Positions 54,229-64,000 are shown, counted from the stretch's first letter. The stretch is DNA of 64,000 nucleotides from Parcubacteria group bacterium (GCA_016181845.1 JACOYO010000004.1:15827-79826), one strand, 5' to 3'. Notes: generated by a model from the sequence alone, not told the origin. Numbers and translations: made by a program.

Positions 54229-55362
54229 TTATTGTCCGTTGTAGTGAGTTTGTGCAATGCGGATAATTTCTGCCGCTATTTTTTCCGCCGCGTCGCGTTT
54301 GGAAAAAAGTAGAGCCGCTTCCCGCATCTTTGTTTTGCGCGCCTGACTATTCAAAATATTTTCAATAGTTGCCGAAAGCAGATGCGGGCTTAGATTTTCT
54401 TCCTCAAGCACCTCGCACGCGCCGGTGCGCGCGTAAGTGAAAGCGTTTTCGCGCTGGTCGTGGGCGACTGATTCCGGAATAGGAATGATAATTGATGGGA
54501 TGCCCCAGGCGGCAATCTCAAAAATAGTGGAACCGGCTCGTGAAATGACAAGGTCTGCAATGCCTGCGGACATGCGGAGCGCCGAGGTGTCCAAATATGC
54601 AAATGGTTTATATCTAGTTTTGTATTGATTTTTTTCAAGCGCGATACCAGCGATGCCAGTTACCTCGTCTATATTTTTTACTCCGGTTTGGTGAATAACC
54701 TGATAGTGTTCTAATAGAAGCGGAAGCGTATCAATAAGTGTTTCGTTGATGTGTTTGGCGCCTTGCGAACCACCCAATACAAGAATGGTTGGGATGTCTT
54801 CTTCCAGTTTTAAAAACTCACGGGCGCCGTGTTTTATCGGGGTGAGAATTTCTTCACGGATAGGATTGCCGGTCCACGCGGCGATTCCTTTCGGAAAAAA
54901 TTTTTCCGCTTCCGGATACGATAGCGCGACACGTTTTGCAAAAGAGCCCGCCCATCGGTTTACCTTTCCCGGGAGCGAGTCGGACTCATGAATGATAACC
55001 GGAATGCCGAGAAATTTTGCGGCAAGAAGCGTCGGGAAACTTGCGTATCCGCCCTTCCCTATCACAACATCTGGAAAAATAGCGTAGACGGTCCACAACG
55101 CCTTAAGCACACCGAGCGCTGTTTTGAAAAAATCAAAAAAATTGCTGACAGAAAAGTAATTACGAATTTTCCCCGCGGGCACATGCCTGTAAGAAAGTTC
55201 ATGGCGGAAGAGCATTTCTTTATTGTATGGAACTGGCGCCAAATAATACATTCTGATATCAATCAGTTTTTCTTTCTCTGTAATTTTTAATAATTGTTCG
55301 GCGATGGCGATAATCGGATAGAAATGTCCGCCTGTACCGCCGCCGGTAAATATGATTTTCAT
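54229..55362 (-). CDS. murG: UDP-N-acetylglucosamine--N-acetylmuramyl-(pentapeptide) pyrophosphoryl-undecaprenol N-acetylglucosamine transferase
   Basis: FTGGGTGGHFYP N-terminal motif and the GT28 C-terminal domain. Confidence 0.9.
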   Translation of the reverse strand: MKIIFTGGGTGGHFYPIIAIAEQLLKITEKEKLIDIRMYYLAPVPYNKEMLFRHELSYRHVPAGKIRNYFSVSNFFDFFKTALGVLKALWTVYAIFPDVVIGKGGYASFPTLLAAKFLGIPVIIHESDSLPGKVNRWAGSFAKRVALSYPEAEKFFPKGIAAWTGNPIREEILTPIKHGAREFLKLEEDIPTILVLGGSQGAKHINETLIDTLPLLLEHYQVIHQTGVKNIDEVTGIAGIALEKNQYKTRYKPFAYLDTSALRMSAGIADLVISRAGSTIFEIAAWGIPSIIIPIPESVAHDQRENAFTYARTGACEVLEEENLSPHLLSATIENILNSQARKTKMREAALLFSKRDAAEKIAAEIIRIAQTHYNGQ

Positions 55363-55365
55363 GTT

Positions 55366-56460
55366 TTATGAATTTACATATCGTGAAATATGCAACACCA
55401 CGCCGACTTCCGCAAGAGAGACGAGCATTGCCGTACCTCCATGGCTTATAAAAATAAGCGGCAGTCCGGTGAGCGGAAAAACGCCAAGCATAGCCGCGAT
55501 ATTCGTGTATGATTGGACTGTAATTAGTATAACAATTCCCGCGACCAGTAGTCTACTGAAATAATCAGGCGCGCGCTCGGCAATAATAAATCCGCGCAGG
55601 GCAAACAAAAGAAATAAAAGCACCAGACCGACACTTCCGACAAAACCAAATTCTTCAGCCGCTACGGCAAAAATAGAATCACCCACAGGTTCAGGAAGAT
55701 AGCGAAATTTTTGTACGCTCTGTCCAAAACCGCGTCCGAATAATTCGCCGGAACCCACTGCAATAAGCGATTGTCGTATCTGATATGAAGAACCCTGCGG
55801 GTCGTTCCCGGGATTAAAAAATGTAGTGATACGGTCTTTTATATATGGTTTGAATAAAGCGAGAAGCAATAGCCCGATACAAGCAATAAGCACAAGTCCT
55901 CCAACATGGCGCCATTTGCCGCCGCTTGCGACAAGCATGCCGAGTCCGGTTATAAAAATGACCGCAAATGTGCCGGTATCGGGCTGTTTTAGTAAAATAG
56001 CCCCGATAAGAGCGAGCATAATGCCCAATGGAATAACTCCGTATCGAAGCGTGCCGATACGCTCTTTTGCGGCGGAGAGCCACGCGGCGAGATATACCAC
56101 AAAACCGAATTTTAGAAGTTCAGATGGTTGAAAAGAAAAAGAGCCGATTTCAATCCAGCGAGTGGCGCCACCGTGATTTAATCCAAGTCCCGGGATAAAT
56201 ACCGCCGCAGTGAGGATGAGTGACCCGACAAAAAGCGCAAGCGAATAACGCCTCCAGAATTTATACGGGACATGAAGTGCTCCAAAAAGCATACCGGTGC
56301 CGAATATAATTCCAAATAAGAATTGATTTGTTGCCACATTTGCCGCCTGTTCTGTACTGCGCGCGAGCAGTCCGAGCGCCGCGGAAGAAAAAATGAAAAT
56401 CCCCGAGAGCATGAGGAGGGCAATAATCCATAAAAACGGTTTATCTATTGTTTTTTTCAT
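55366..56460 (-). CDS. ftsW: SEDS-family peptidoglycan glycosyltransferase FtsW/RodA
   Basis: 10-TM SEDS pattern. The start is set at MKKTIDKPF (56460) to avoid overlap with mraY; the ORF-track extension is rejected. Confidence 0.85.
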   Translation of the reverse strand: MKKTIDKPFLWIIALLMLSGIFIFSSAALGLLARSTEQAANVATNQFLFGIIFGTGMLFGALHVPYKFWRRYSLALFVGSLILTAAVFIPGLGLNHGGATRWIEIGSFSFQPSELLKFGFVVYLAAWLSAAKERIGTLRYGVIPLGIMLALIGAILLKQPDTGTFAVIFITGLGMLVASGGKWRHVGGLVLIACIGLLLLALFKPYIKDRITTFFNPGNDPQGSSYQIRQSLIAVGSGELFGRGFGQSVQKFRYLPEPVGDSIFAVAAEEFGFVGSVGLVLLFLLFALRGFIIAERAPDYFSRLLVAGIVILITVQSYTNIAAMLGVFPLTGLPLIFISHGGTAMLVSLAEVGVVLHISRYVNS

Positions 56461-56516
56461 GAAATTTGAAGCATTAAAATAACCGCCTTCGCTTGAGTTT
56501 CGTAATTCATGATAAT

Positions 56517-57572
56517 CTATGAAATAAGAGCAATCACCATGCCGATAACGGCAAACATGACACTCAATACCCAATATCGCATGGTGACTTTATATGGCGG
56601 CCAGCCGATTGCTTCAAAATGGTGATGGAGCGGCGCGACTAGAAAAATTTTTTTACCATGGCGCAATTTTTTTGAAACTACCTGAATAATAACCGATGCG
56701 GTCGTGGCAAGGAGCGGAAAAGCAATGAGTGGCAGGAGCACCACTTCGCCGGTGAGAAAGACGATGACAGCAAGCGTGGTGGTGAGTCCTAACATGCCGG
56801 TTTCAGACATGTAAAAACGCGCGGGCGGAATGTTGAACCATAGAAATGCCAAAATGCCGCCGACTAGAGTTGCCGAAAACGCCGCAAGGTCAATTTGATT
56901 ATTGAAAAAAGCGATGCCAGCGTAGGCGGCAAAGATAGATGCCATCACACCGCCCGAAAGACCGTCTATGCCGTCTATGACACCGCTTGAAAATAAAGCG
57001 AGCATCACGAGCATAAAAAATGGAATAAAGAGCCAACCGAGATTAAGAATACCGTCAAATGGAATGGCGATGGATGATACTCCCAGTTTGAAGAAAAACC
57101 ACCATCCGCCGATGGCTCCTATTATAAGCACTGTGATAATGCGTTTCCACAATGACAATCCGCCGGCAATGTATCCTCCACCGCCACGCACTTGAAGTAC
57201 GTCATCAACCAATCCAACCAAAGAGGCCGCGATGAGAGTGAAGAGAGGAAGCCATGTTTGATTGCGCGAGAGAAAATTTAATTTTGCCGAGATGTCCGAT
57301 GGGAACCAGCCGGAGATGAGCCACAGCAGAAAGATGGTACAAAGCACGCTCGTCCACACAACCACGCCTCCCATGCGGGGCGTCTTTTTTTCCTCATCGC
57401 GGTGAATTGAAGCAGAGATTGGAGCCGCGCTACCGTCTATGGCGCGAGGGACGCTTTGTGTTTTCCAGAGTTTGCGGGTATATAAAAAATGCGCGACCAA
57501 AGGCGCGAGTGCTATTCCTATCGCAAAGGCGGCAACCGCCGGCACCAATACTTTCACAACATCCAAAATCAC
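56517..57572 (-). CDS. mraY: Phospho-N-acetylmuramoyl-pentapeptide transferase
   Basis: Conserved MraY motifs (GLVDDV, NAINLTDGLDGL-like IDGIDGLSGG) and about 10 TM segments. Confidence 0.9.
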   Translation of the reverse strand: MILDVVKVLVPAVAAFAIGIALAPLVAHFLYTRKLWKTQSVPRAIDGSAAPISASIHRDEEKKTPRMGGVVVWTSVLCTIFLLWLISGWFPSDISAKLNFLSRNQTWLPLFTLIAASLVGLVDDVLQVRGGGGYIAGGLSLWKRIITVLIIGAIGGWWFFFKLGVSSIAIPFDGILNLGWLFIPFFMLVMLALFSSGVIDGIDGLSGGVMASIFAAYAGIAFFNNQIDLAAFSATLVGGILAFLWFNIPPARFYMSETGMLGLTTTLAVIVFLTGEVVLLPLIAFPLLATTASVIIQVVSKKLRHGKKIFLVAPLHHHFEAIGWPPYKVTMRYWVLSVMFAVIGMVIALIS

Positions 57573-57657
57573 CTATTTATTATACGGGATTTTTGATGTT
57601 TGTACATCTATAGGTGCTGTAAGTTCTGTTGAAGTTTGACTTCAACGGAGGCTATTT

Positions 57658-58608
57658 CTATTGCGCAATCTTCTCAATGCTTGCCCACGCGAGTTTTTCT
57701 ACATCGTCAAAGCGGCCGTCAACAGTTGAGCCGAGAACTGAGACGATGATGGGGCGCATCGGTCCTGCTTCAAACGCGATGACAAGATTACCGCCCGCCA
57801 AATCGGTAAATCCGGTTTTTGACGCAAGCAATTCCGGCAAAGCGCCGACAAGCTCGTTTGTGTTTTTTTCAATATGTTTAAAATCGCTCAAGGATTCAAA
57901 AGAGCGTTTGCGGTATTGCGTCGCTTCAAACAAATCGGGATATTTTTTTATGGAATACAGAACTAGAAGCGCCATGTCTTTTGCGGAACCATACGCCCCG
58001 CCCAATGATTGTGTGGTATCAAGGCCGGATTCATTTAAGAAAAAAGTTTGCGCCATACCGAGCGAGGTTGCTTTTTTGTTCATAGCGTCAATAAAATCAG
58101 CCGGAATATCAGTCGTCGCGCTCTTTTCGTTTAAGAATGCATTTATGACGCCGGCAATTGCGTGCGCGCCGTCGTTTGAAGACGCAATCAGTGTAAGGTC
58201 GGAAATATCAGAAAGACGCCACTTTTCATTTTCAAACAACCCGCTGTCTCCTTCTTGTTTTATCGCATCTTTGCTGATGGTGATGGTGGTTTCTTTCGGC
58301 ACGAGCTCGCGCGCAAGGAGCGTCGTCATTACTTTGGTGAGCGATGCGAGCGGCAGTTGCGCTTCCTCATTCATCGCGTAGAGCGCCAGATTATTTTTTA
58401 CATCATATACGTATGCCGATTTTGCTTCCAATGAGATTAAGGCAAACGGGTCGGTTGCTTCTGAAACATGCGGTTCAACCACGGCGGATTTTTCCGGTAT
58501 TTTCGGTATCAAGATAGATTGTCGTACGCTCATAAGCAATACAAAAAGCATGAGCAAAAGCAAAGCAAGTGAGAGATAATTTTTCTTTGGTTTCAAATCG
58601 GTATTCAT
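57658..58608 (-). CDS. Serine-type D-Ala-D-Ala carboxypeptidase (PBP5/DacB-like, S11)
   Basis: SxxK (ASLTK), SxN (SSND) and KTG motifs; N-terminal membrane anchor. Confidence 0.8.
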   Translation of the reverse strand: MNTDLKPKKNYLSLALLLLMLFVLLMSVRQSILIPKIPEKSAVVEPHVSEATDPFALISLEAKSAYVYDVKNNLALYAMNEEAQLPLASLTKVMTTLLARELVPKETTITISKDAIKQEGDSGLFENEKWRLSDISDLTLIASSNDGAHAIAGVINAFLNEKSATTDIPADFIDAMNKKATSLGMAQTFFLNESGLDTTQSLGGAYGSAKDMALLVLYSIKKYPDLFEATQYRKRSFESLSDFKHIEKNTNELVGALPELLASKTGFTDLAGGNLVIAFEAGPMRPIIVSVLGSTVDGRFDDVEKLAWASIEKIAQ

Positions 58609-58617
58609 AATATATAT

Positions 58618-59235
58618 TTACTCGTCTGCTTTCTCTGCTTCATCAGACGTGGTGCTTTCTTCTTCTGCTTCTTTTATTGCGTCGTCCGTCTTTTCTTCAA
58701 TGCCGTGAAATGCCGCTATCTCGCTTTGCACCGCGTCGTATTCCGGTAAGTCTTCAATTTTGGATATTCCCAAATGTGAAAGTAATTCAAAAGTCGGACG
58801 ATACAGAAAACTTCGCTGGTCTTTCGGATTGGGTATTTTTTCAATTAAACCTCGGATTAATAAATTGCGCAATATAAAAGTGGAATTAACGCCTCGGATA
58901 TAATCAAGCTCTGCTCGCGTAAGAGGACCTTGGTATAGAATTGCAGAAAGCGTTTCAAGCCCAGCTTTCCCCAAATCGCGCGAAAGTTCGTCTTTCATTA
59001 TGGCCTCAATAAGAGCGCTTGCTTCATGGGTTGTCGCAAGCGACACCTCGTCGTCTTTTGACAGTAGCGCCACCCCCCTTCCCTGCAGTCTTTCTTTTAG
59101 GGTTTCAAGAGCCGCGCGAATCGCATGTTCTTCCGCATGAAGTATTTTTGAGAGCGCGCTGACAGACATCGGTTCTGATTTAAAAAAGAGAATCGCTTCA
59201 ATTTTCGCATCCAAAGCAATCGGAGTGTTTGTCAT
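58618..59235 (-). CDS. scpB: Segregation and condensation protein B
   Basis: Tandem winged-helix ScpB pattern (EAILFFKSEPMSVSALSKIL...), directly after scpA. Confidence 0.8.
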   Translation of the reverse strand: MTNTPIALDAKIEAILFFKSEPMSVSALSKILHAEEHAIRAALETLKERLQGRGVALLSKDDEVSLATTHEASALIEAIMKDELSRDLGKAGLETLSAILYQGPLTRAELDYIRGVNSTFILRNLLIRGLIEKIPNPKDQRSFLYRPTFELLSHLGISKIEDLPEYDAVQSEIAAFHGIEEKTDDAIKEAEEESTTSDEAEKADE

Positions 59236-59984
59236 ATATATCGTGGTGTATTAACGGCGTGTGTTTCCATTTCAATATCGTGGAATTCTTTTTCTTGTGT
59301 TACCGACAGAATGCCTTGTTTGACTAATTCAAGCATGGCAAGGAAACTCACGATGATATGCACTTTTTCTTTTTTGCCGCCGCCCGAAAACTCTTTGAAA
59401 CTCATTTTGACGCTCAACTGGATGCGCTCTGTCAATCGGTCAATCATTTCTTCCAAGCTCACGACCTTTTTAATGACTTTTTGCGAAAGAGGAGCGGCGG
59501 TTTTTGGAAGATTTTTTATGAGTGACAAAACAGCTTCCGCAAGTGTTTTGACGGAAAGGTCGTTGCTTGGAGCAAATACCGGAATTTGAGCGCCACCATC
59601 TTCACGAAAGAAAAGCGGCTGTGTTCCGAAGCGTTCGCGGACATGCAAGCTTGCCGTTTTTATGCGCTGGTATATTTTCAAGCGCCGTTCCAAGTCGCTT
59701 ACGTCGGCTTGTTCCTCAAGTGAAAGTGAAAGCGATGGCAGAAGAGATTTTGATTTTATCAAAAGGAGCGTGGCGGCAACAAGAATAAAATTGGCAGTTT
59801 CTCCAATAGGAAAATGTTCCAGCTGTTTTGTGTACGCGATATAGTCGTCTGCGACTTGCGCAAGGGCGATGTCGCTGATATGGAGTTTCCGTTTTTCTAT
59901 GAGCGTCAAAAGGAGGTCAAGCGGTCCTTGAAAAACGTTTGTTTTTATTTTGTATTGCGTGTCAGAAATACTCATGTGGTTCAA
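59232..59984 (-). CDS. scpA: Segregation and condensation protein A (kleisin)
   Basis: ScpA N- and C-terminal kleisin motifs; overlaps the scpB start. Confidence 0.8.
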   Translation of the reverse strand: MNHMSISDTQYKIKTNVFQGPLDLLLTLIEKRKLHISDIALAQVADDYIAYTKQLEHFPIGETANFILVAATLLLIKSKSLLPSLSLSLEEQADVSDLERRLKIYQRIKTASLHVRERFGTQPLFFREDGGAQIPVFAPSNDLSVKTLAEAVLSLIKNLPKTAAPLSQKVIKKVVSLEEMIDRLTERIQLSVKMSFKEFSGGGKKEKVHIIVSFLAMLELVKQGILSVTQEKEFHDIEMETHAVNTPRYI

Positions 59985-59989
59985 AGAGG

Positions 59990-61378
59990 CTATTGAGAGA
60001 GAAGTTTGTCAATGCGGTTGATATCGCGCGGGAAAAGCGCGGCTTCTTTCACGTTTTCAAGCCCGAGCAATTTCGCGGTAAGGCGCTCAAGCCCCATGCC
60101 AAATCCACCATGCGGTGGCATACCGTATTTGAATGCCTGCAGATAAAAAGAAAACTTTTCCGGTTCCAATCCTTTCTTTTTGATACTTTCCACGAGCGTC
60201 TGATATTCATGAATACGCTGACCGCCCGTCGTGATCTCAATGCCGCGGAAAAGCAAATCAAAACCGCGCGCATAGTCTTTGTCGGCAGGGTCTTCAAATG
60301 TGTACATCGGTCTTTTTGACATAGGGAAATGAGTGATGAATATAAAATCGGAACCGTATGTTTTTTGAGCATACTCGCAAAGCCATCGTTCGTGCTGTGG
60401 TTCAAGGTCGGGTTCGTTTGCGCAGTCAACACCAAGAGCTTCGCTCAAGAGTTTTTGCGCTTCGCGTAATTTCAAAGAAGGAATCTCTTCCGGCACGACA
60501 GGAATTTCCGCGCCCAAAAGCGCGAATTCTTTTTTTGATGTTTCTTCAAGCACGCGCATGATGTGCGCAAGCAAGGCGCGTTCTGTCCGCATCACGTCTC
60601 TATGGTCATTAATAAACCCCATTTCAAGGTCAAGACTTGTATATTCGTTCAAGTGTCTCGTTGTGCTGTGTTTCTCGGCGCGGTAGACACTCGTGGTGGT
60701 GAATACTTTTTCAAACACGCCAACCATGATTTGTTTATAAAATTGCGGGCTTTGCGCCAAATGCGCCGTGTGGCCGAAATAATCAAAGGTAAATGAATTG
60801 GCGCCGCCCTCGGCATCTTCGCCGATAATTTTTGGCGGTTGTATCTCCACAAAATTATTCTCGGTCAAGAAATTGCGGAACGCGGCGATAATATTTGCCT
60901 GCACGGAAAAAATCGCGCGGCTTCGCTCGGTGCGCAAAGTGAGCGGCAAATAATCAAAATAAGTATCAAGGTTGAGCTCACCGTCTTTATCAAACGGCAA
61001 TTCTTCAGCGCGTGAGAAAATTTCAATAGAAGTGATTTCAAGCTCAATATCACCGGTCGGAGAATCTTGGTTTATCATTTTTTCGGGGCGTTTGTTTGCG
61101 ATGCCCTTAATAGACACAACCCATTCAGGACGCAATTCTTTCGCGGCGTCATGTGCTTCTTTGTGCGAAGGAAGAGCCACTGCCTGAATGATGCCGGTAG
61201 CATCTCGCACGTCAAGAAAAATGAGCTTCCCGTGGTCGCGGCGGACATTCACCCATCCGGCAATGACTATTTCTTGCCCGATTTTTTCGTGTGCGTTTTT
61301 TATATAAGTTCGTTCATTCATAAATTTGCATAAATTTGTAAGTTTAAATCTAAATGTTGGACATCGGATGTCCAACAT
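59990..61378 (-). CDS. aspS: Aspartate--tRNA ligase, archaeal/short type (probably non-discriminating)
   Basis: Collinear with archaeal AspRS: LAQSPQFYKQIM, FRGIEITTGGQRIH, EKFSFYLQAFKYGMPPHGGFGMGLERL, LFPRD; 462 aa. Confidence 0.8.
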   Translation of the reverse strand: MLDIRCPTFRFKLTNLCKFMNERTYIKNAHEKIGQEIVIAGWVNVRRDHGKLIFLDVRDATGIIQAVALPSHKEAHDAAKELRPEWVVSIKGIANKRPEKMINQDSPTGDIELEITSIEIFSRAEELPFDKDGELNLDTYFDYLPLTLRTERSRAIFSVQANIIAAFRNFLTENNFVEIQPPKIIGEDAEGGANSFTFDYFGHTAHLAQSPQFYKQIMVGVFEKVFTTTSVYRAEKHSTTRHLNEYTSLDLEMGFINDHRDVMRTERALLAHIMRVLEETSKKEFALLGAEIPVVPEEIPSLKLREAQKLLSEALGVDCANEPDLEPQHERWLCEYAQKTYGSDFIFITHFPMSKRPMYTFEDPADKDYARGFDLLFRGIEITTGGQRIHEYQTLVESIKKKGLEPEKFSFYLQAFKYGMPPHGGFGMGLERLTAKLLGLENVKEAALFPRDINRIDKLLSQ

Positions 61379-61379
61379 T
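61353..61379. repeat. Family P2 palindrome between trpS and aspS
   Basis: aatgttggacatcggatgtccaacatt. Confidence 0.55.
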
Positions 61380-61383
61380 GCTT

Positions 61384-62358
61384 TTAAAGCAAGCCGGTGG
61401 CGCGTTTTACCTGTGCTATTTTAAGAAACGCGCTGTGTTTTGCCGTCTGACCGCCTTGTTTTAATATCTCAATAACCGGCTCTGTATTTTCGGCAATCTT
61501 TTTTCTTTTTTCTCGCAATGGTGTAATAAAATCTTTCATATTTTTGATGAGTATTTCTTTTGATTCTTTGTAGCCAATACCTCCATCGCGATAGCGATTC
61601 TCAAGCTCTGGCAATTGTTCCATGCTGAAAAGACGATGATAGGCAAAAAGCGTATCCTTCTCCATTTCTTTTGGTTCCCCTACTCCCTTTGAATCAGTGA
61701 CAATCCCCATAACTTGCTTTTCTATCTCTTCGTCTGAAGCAAAAAGAGAAATGGTATTGCCGTAGCTCTTGCTCATTTTTTTGCCGTCAATCCCCGGGAT
61801 AGTCGCGACATTCTCGTCAATGAGCGGCTCCGGAAGTTTGAATGTTTCCCCGTACGCAAGGTTAAATTTCTCCGCGGTGTCGCGCGCGATTTCCACGTGT
61901 TGTTTTTGGTCTTGCCCCACTGGTACGACATCGGCATCTTGAATCAAAATATCCGCCGCCATAAGAATCGGATAATCAAACACGCCGACATTCACTTCTT
62001 TGTTTTTAGCGAGTGCATCTTTGTACGCGTGCGCGCGTGAGAGAAACGGCATTGTCGTCAGACAATTAAAAATCCACGCAAGCTCGGTCACTTCCTGCAC
62101 ATCCGATTGCTTAAAAATAATTGTCTTTTTTGGGTCAAGCCCGATAGCCAGATAATCAATGGCTATGTCAAGCGATTCTTGGCGCAATTTTTTCGCGTCG
62201 CGTTCTGTCGTGAGCGCATGATAATCGGCAATAAAAATCATCGCCCGATAATCGTCTTGCAAATCCACAAATCTCTTCATCGCGCCGAAATAGTTGCCGA
62301 TGTGCGGGCGTCCGGTCGGCTTAACGCCGGAAATAAGAATTTTCTGCTCTTTTGTCAT
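61384..62358 (-). CDS. trpS: Tryptophan--tRNA ligase
   Basis: HIGH-like PHIGNY and KMSKS (KMSKSYGN); 324 aa, the usual TrpRS size. Confidence 0.85.
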   Translation of the reverse strand: MTKEQKILISGVKPTGRPHIGNYFGAMKRFVDLQDDYRAMIFIADYHALTTERDAKKLRQESLDIAIDYLAIGLDPKKTIIFKQSDVQEVTELAWIFNCLTTMPFLSRAHAYKDALAKNKEVNVGVFDYPILMAADILIQDADVVPVGQDQKQHVEIARDTAEKFNLAYGETFKLPEPLIDENVATIPGIDGKKMSKSYGNTISLFASDEEIEKQVMGIVTDSKGVGEPKEMEKDTLFAYHRLFSMEQLPELENRYRDGGIGYKESKEILIKNMKDFITPLREKRKKIAENTEPVIEILKQGGQTAKHSAFLKIAQVKRATGLL

Positions 62359-62457
62359 TACTTTCTATCATAGCAAAATAATATGAGAAATCATAGATTA
62401 TCGCGGTAGAAAAAAGTAGCGCTGGGCATTAACCAGTTGAATCGCAGGCTAGTTTAT

Positions 62458-62485
62458 TTGACAAATAAAAGATATATGCTATATT
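62458..62485 (+). promoter_or_regulatory. Near-consensus sigma70 promoter with a ~100-nt structured leader before 62593
   Basis: TTGACA, a 16-nt spacer and TATATT. The leader contains hairpins ggaaacgatgtttcc and gggagctccc, and a GGGAGGG RBS. Confidence 0.4.
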
Positions 62486-62592
62486 GACAACGGAAACGAT
62501 GTTTCCCCTCTTCATGAGAGAAAGGAATCTACTCTCAAGGGAACCTGCGATGCGGGAGCTCCCGAGTTCTTTGACGATGTCAGGGAGGGTTT

Positions 62593-63369
62593 ATGTCTGT
62601 GTTAAAAGTTACAGAGGGCACAATTTTTATTGATTCAATTGTTACTCAACAATGCGAGTTCCTTGGCTCTACCGCGAAAGGAACCTATCCTCCTCCCGGG
62701 TTTGTGTACAAGTCTTTTTTTTGCAAGCCCAAAAATGGAGAAAGTGGAATTTTGGTATTTTCAGGCTTCAACTCTAACAGTGATGCCTCTTATTTTTTCC
62801 AATTTTGGTGGGAGAAGGACAAATTAATTGTGGCGGTAGAGATAGAACGGCCAGCGCATGGTTACAATCTAAGCAAAGAGTTTGGGCTCATGGTGCAGGT
62901 GCGGGACCTGCGTTATGTCACCAAGATTCCCACAGATTTCGGAGCGGAGCGTTATGAATCTACATACGGAAGTTTTCTGTTGGTCGATCTTATTGATATA
63001 CTAAAGTATATCAACGGCCAATCCGAGCTCAAAGATTTGGATAAGGCGGCCTCTTCACTGTTTCGCAAAACGCAGGCGTTCGTCAGGATGAAGCAAGAGA
63101 ATCAAGAGAAAGAAAAAGAGCTTGCTAATGTAAAGCAAGCACTGATGCAACATGAGATGCAACATGAAAAAGACGAGGAGATTATTTTCAAGATGAACTC
63201 AAACTTGAAAAAATCTTTCTGGTATTTTCTCGTCGTCAAACAACTTTTGGAAAATATTCAACAAAAGTTTGTTTGTCACCTGCTTCCACGACACATAAAA
63301 GAGGAGATTGCATCAACACTTTCATCCATCACAAAATTTTTGGAGGAATACAAAGAGGAGACAAAATGA
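62593..63369 (+). CDS. Hypothetical protein (258 aa) with a C-terminal coiled coil
   Basis: ORF with a strong RBS. I know of no assignable family. Confidence 0.5.
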   Translation: MSVLKVTEGTIFIDSIVTQQCEFLGSTAKGTYPPPGFVYKSFFCKPKNGESGILVFSGFNSNSDASYFFQFWWEKDKLIVAVEIERPAHGYNLSKEFGLMVQVRDLRYVTKIPTDFGAERYESTYGSFLLVDLIDILKYINGQSELKDLDKAASSLFRKTQAFVRMKQENQEKEKELANVKQALMQHEMQHEKDEEIIFKMNSNLKKSFWYFLVVKQLLENIQQKFVCHLLPRHIKEEIASTLSSITKFLEEYKEETK

Positions 63370-63809
63370 AAAAAGTCATTTTCTTCATCGTTTTTCTTTG
63401 TTTTTCAATCAGTAGTAGCATTGCTGAAGCAAAGGTATTAGAAAGATACTCAAAATCCTTTTCTTCCAGTGGTGTTATCGCGCATGTTGATGTATATCAA
63501 GAGCAAGACGATAATTTCCACGACTGGGTTACAGAACGAGTTGATGGTGGGTGGGTTTGGAATAAGAACCACTATCCAGTGAGGATAGAAAAGTTTCTCA
63601 TTAGATTAACGGCAAACCCGCCACACGAAGAAACCGAAGTGTTTATTGGGTATCTAGAATTAAAACCCAATGAACAAAGAACCATTGTGGGACTCGTCAC
63701 GACAAATGTGAGTTTCCACATTTATCCGCTTAATGTTGATAAATTCTCTGAAACAAAAGAAATTGGGGTAATTAAATTCGGCAATGTACCCATTGCCGCG
63801 ATACCATAA
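63366..63809 (+). CDS. Hypothetical secreted protein (ATGA-coupled to the previous gene)
   Basis: The start is set at MKKVIFFIVFLCFSISSSIAEA (signal peptide). A terminator follows. Confidence 0.5.
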   Translation: MKKVIFFIVFLCFSISSSIAEAKVLERYSKSFSSSGVIAHVDVYQEQDDNFHDWVTERVDGGWVWNKNHYPVRIEKFLIRLTANPPHEETEVFIGYLELKPNEQRTIVGLVTTNVSFHIYPLNVDKFSETKEIGVIKFGNVPIAAIP

Positions 63810-63828
63810 AACGGTTTCTCTTATAAAA

Positions 63829-63861
63829 GACCAGCTTGCGCACGCATGCTGGTCTTTTTTT
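63829..63861 (+). terminator. Rho-independent terminator (probably bidirectional)
   Basis: agaccagc-ttgcgcacgcat-gctggtct followed by TTTTTTT. Confidence 0.6.
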
Positions 63862-64000
63862 AATACATTTTTTTATTTTATTTAACCGAATCGCCGGAGA
63901 ATTCAATGAAGAAGGTGGAGCCCTTGCCTTCCCCGGGCGATTCCGCCCAGACACGGCCTTTGTGCGCTTTCATGATTTCTTTGGCGACGTAGAGTCCTAG
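63858..64000 (-). CDS. Sensor histidine kinase, C-terminal HATPase_c portion; its 5' end lies beyond the window
   Basis: The reverse complement translates to ...LGLYVAKEIMKAHKGRVWAESPGEGKGSTFFIEFSGDSVK*, which carries the G2/G3-box region of histidine kinases. Confidence 0.6.

Noticed and set aside
63772-63954. 60-aa minus-strand ORF at the window end
   Set aside because: It overlaps the terminator. A different minus-strand frame gives a clear histidine-kinase HATPase_c C-terminus ending at 63858, which is preferred.
1-64000. CRISPR array or cas genes
   Set aside because: No regularly spaced direct repeats with unique spacers were seen. The repeats present are palindromes and dispersed MITE-like copies, not arrays.

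Overview
This 64 kb window comes from an AT-rich, gene-dense bacterial genome. Its content is consistent with a reduced Patescibacteria/CPR-like lineage: four of six tRNA genes do not encode the 3' CCA, the AspRS is archaeal-type, ThrRS has no N-terminal TGS domain, SMC is short, L32 and S16 carry long charged C-terminal extensions, and there are many hypothetical small membrane proteins. The housekeeping core covers cell envelope (PBP C-terminus, murF, ddl, murG, ftsW, mraY, a DD-carboxypeptidase, M23 and NlpC/P60 peptidases), translation (rpsP, KH protein, trmD, rpmF, thrS, gltX, aspS, trpS, ychF), DNA/RNA metabolism (dnaE, gyrB, rnhB, rnr, rnc, nusB fused to a NUDIX domain) and chromosome and chaperone functions (smc, scpAB, grpE-dnaK). 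Two accessory islands sit directly beside tRNA genes. The first (about 9.9-20.3 kb) lies after a five-tRNA cluster and carries a Fic protein plus a complete Type I restriction-modification locus (hsdM-hsdS-hsdR). That locus is interrupted by a translationally coupled two-gene module (a small beta-rich protein and a protein with an Rx5H HEPN-like motif) between hsdM and hsdS, and by a membrane protein and a DinD homologue between hsdS and hsdR; a DUF45/YgjP-type metallopeptidase follows. I rate the embedded module the best candidate for an undescribed defence component. The second island (about 44.0-47.2 kb) follows tRNA-Glu and a truncated tRNA-Glu-like fragment with a hairpin insertion. It contains coding-poor structured DNA, an unknown 209-aa protein, a zeta-toxin-like P-loop kinase and tiny overlapping ORFs. 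Several families of short palindromic repeats and a MITE-like ~140 bp element (3 copies) are scattered through the window, some with compensatory changes that preserve hairpins. The dnaE 3' end is duplicated as a ~98 bp diverged direct repeat around a promoter + small membrane protein + terminator cassette, suggesting an old site-specific insertion.
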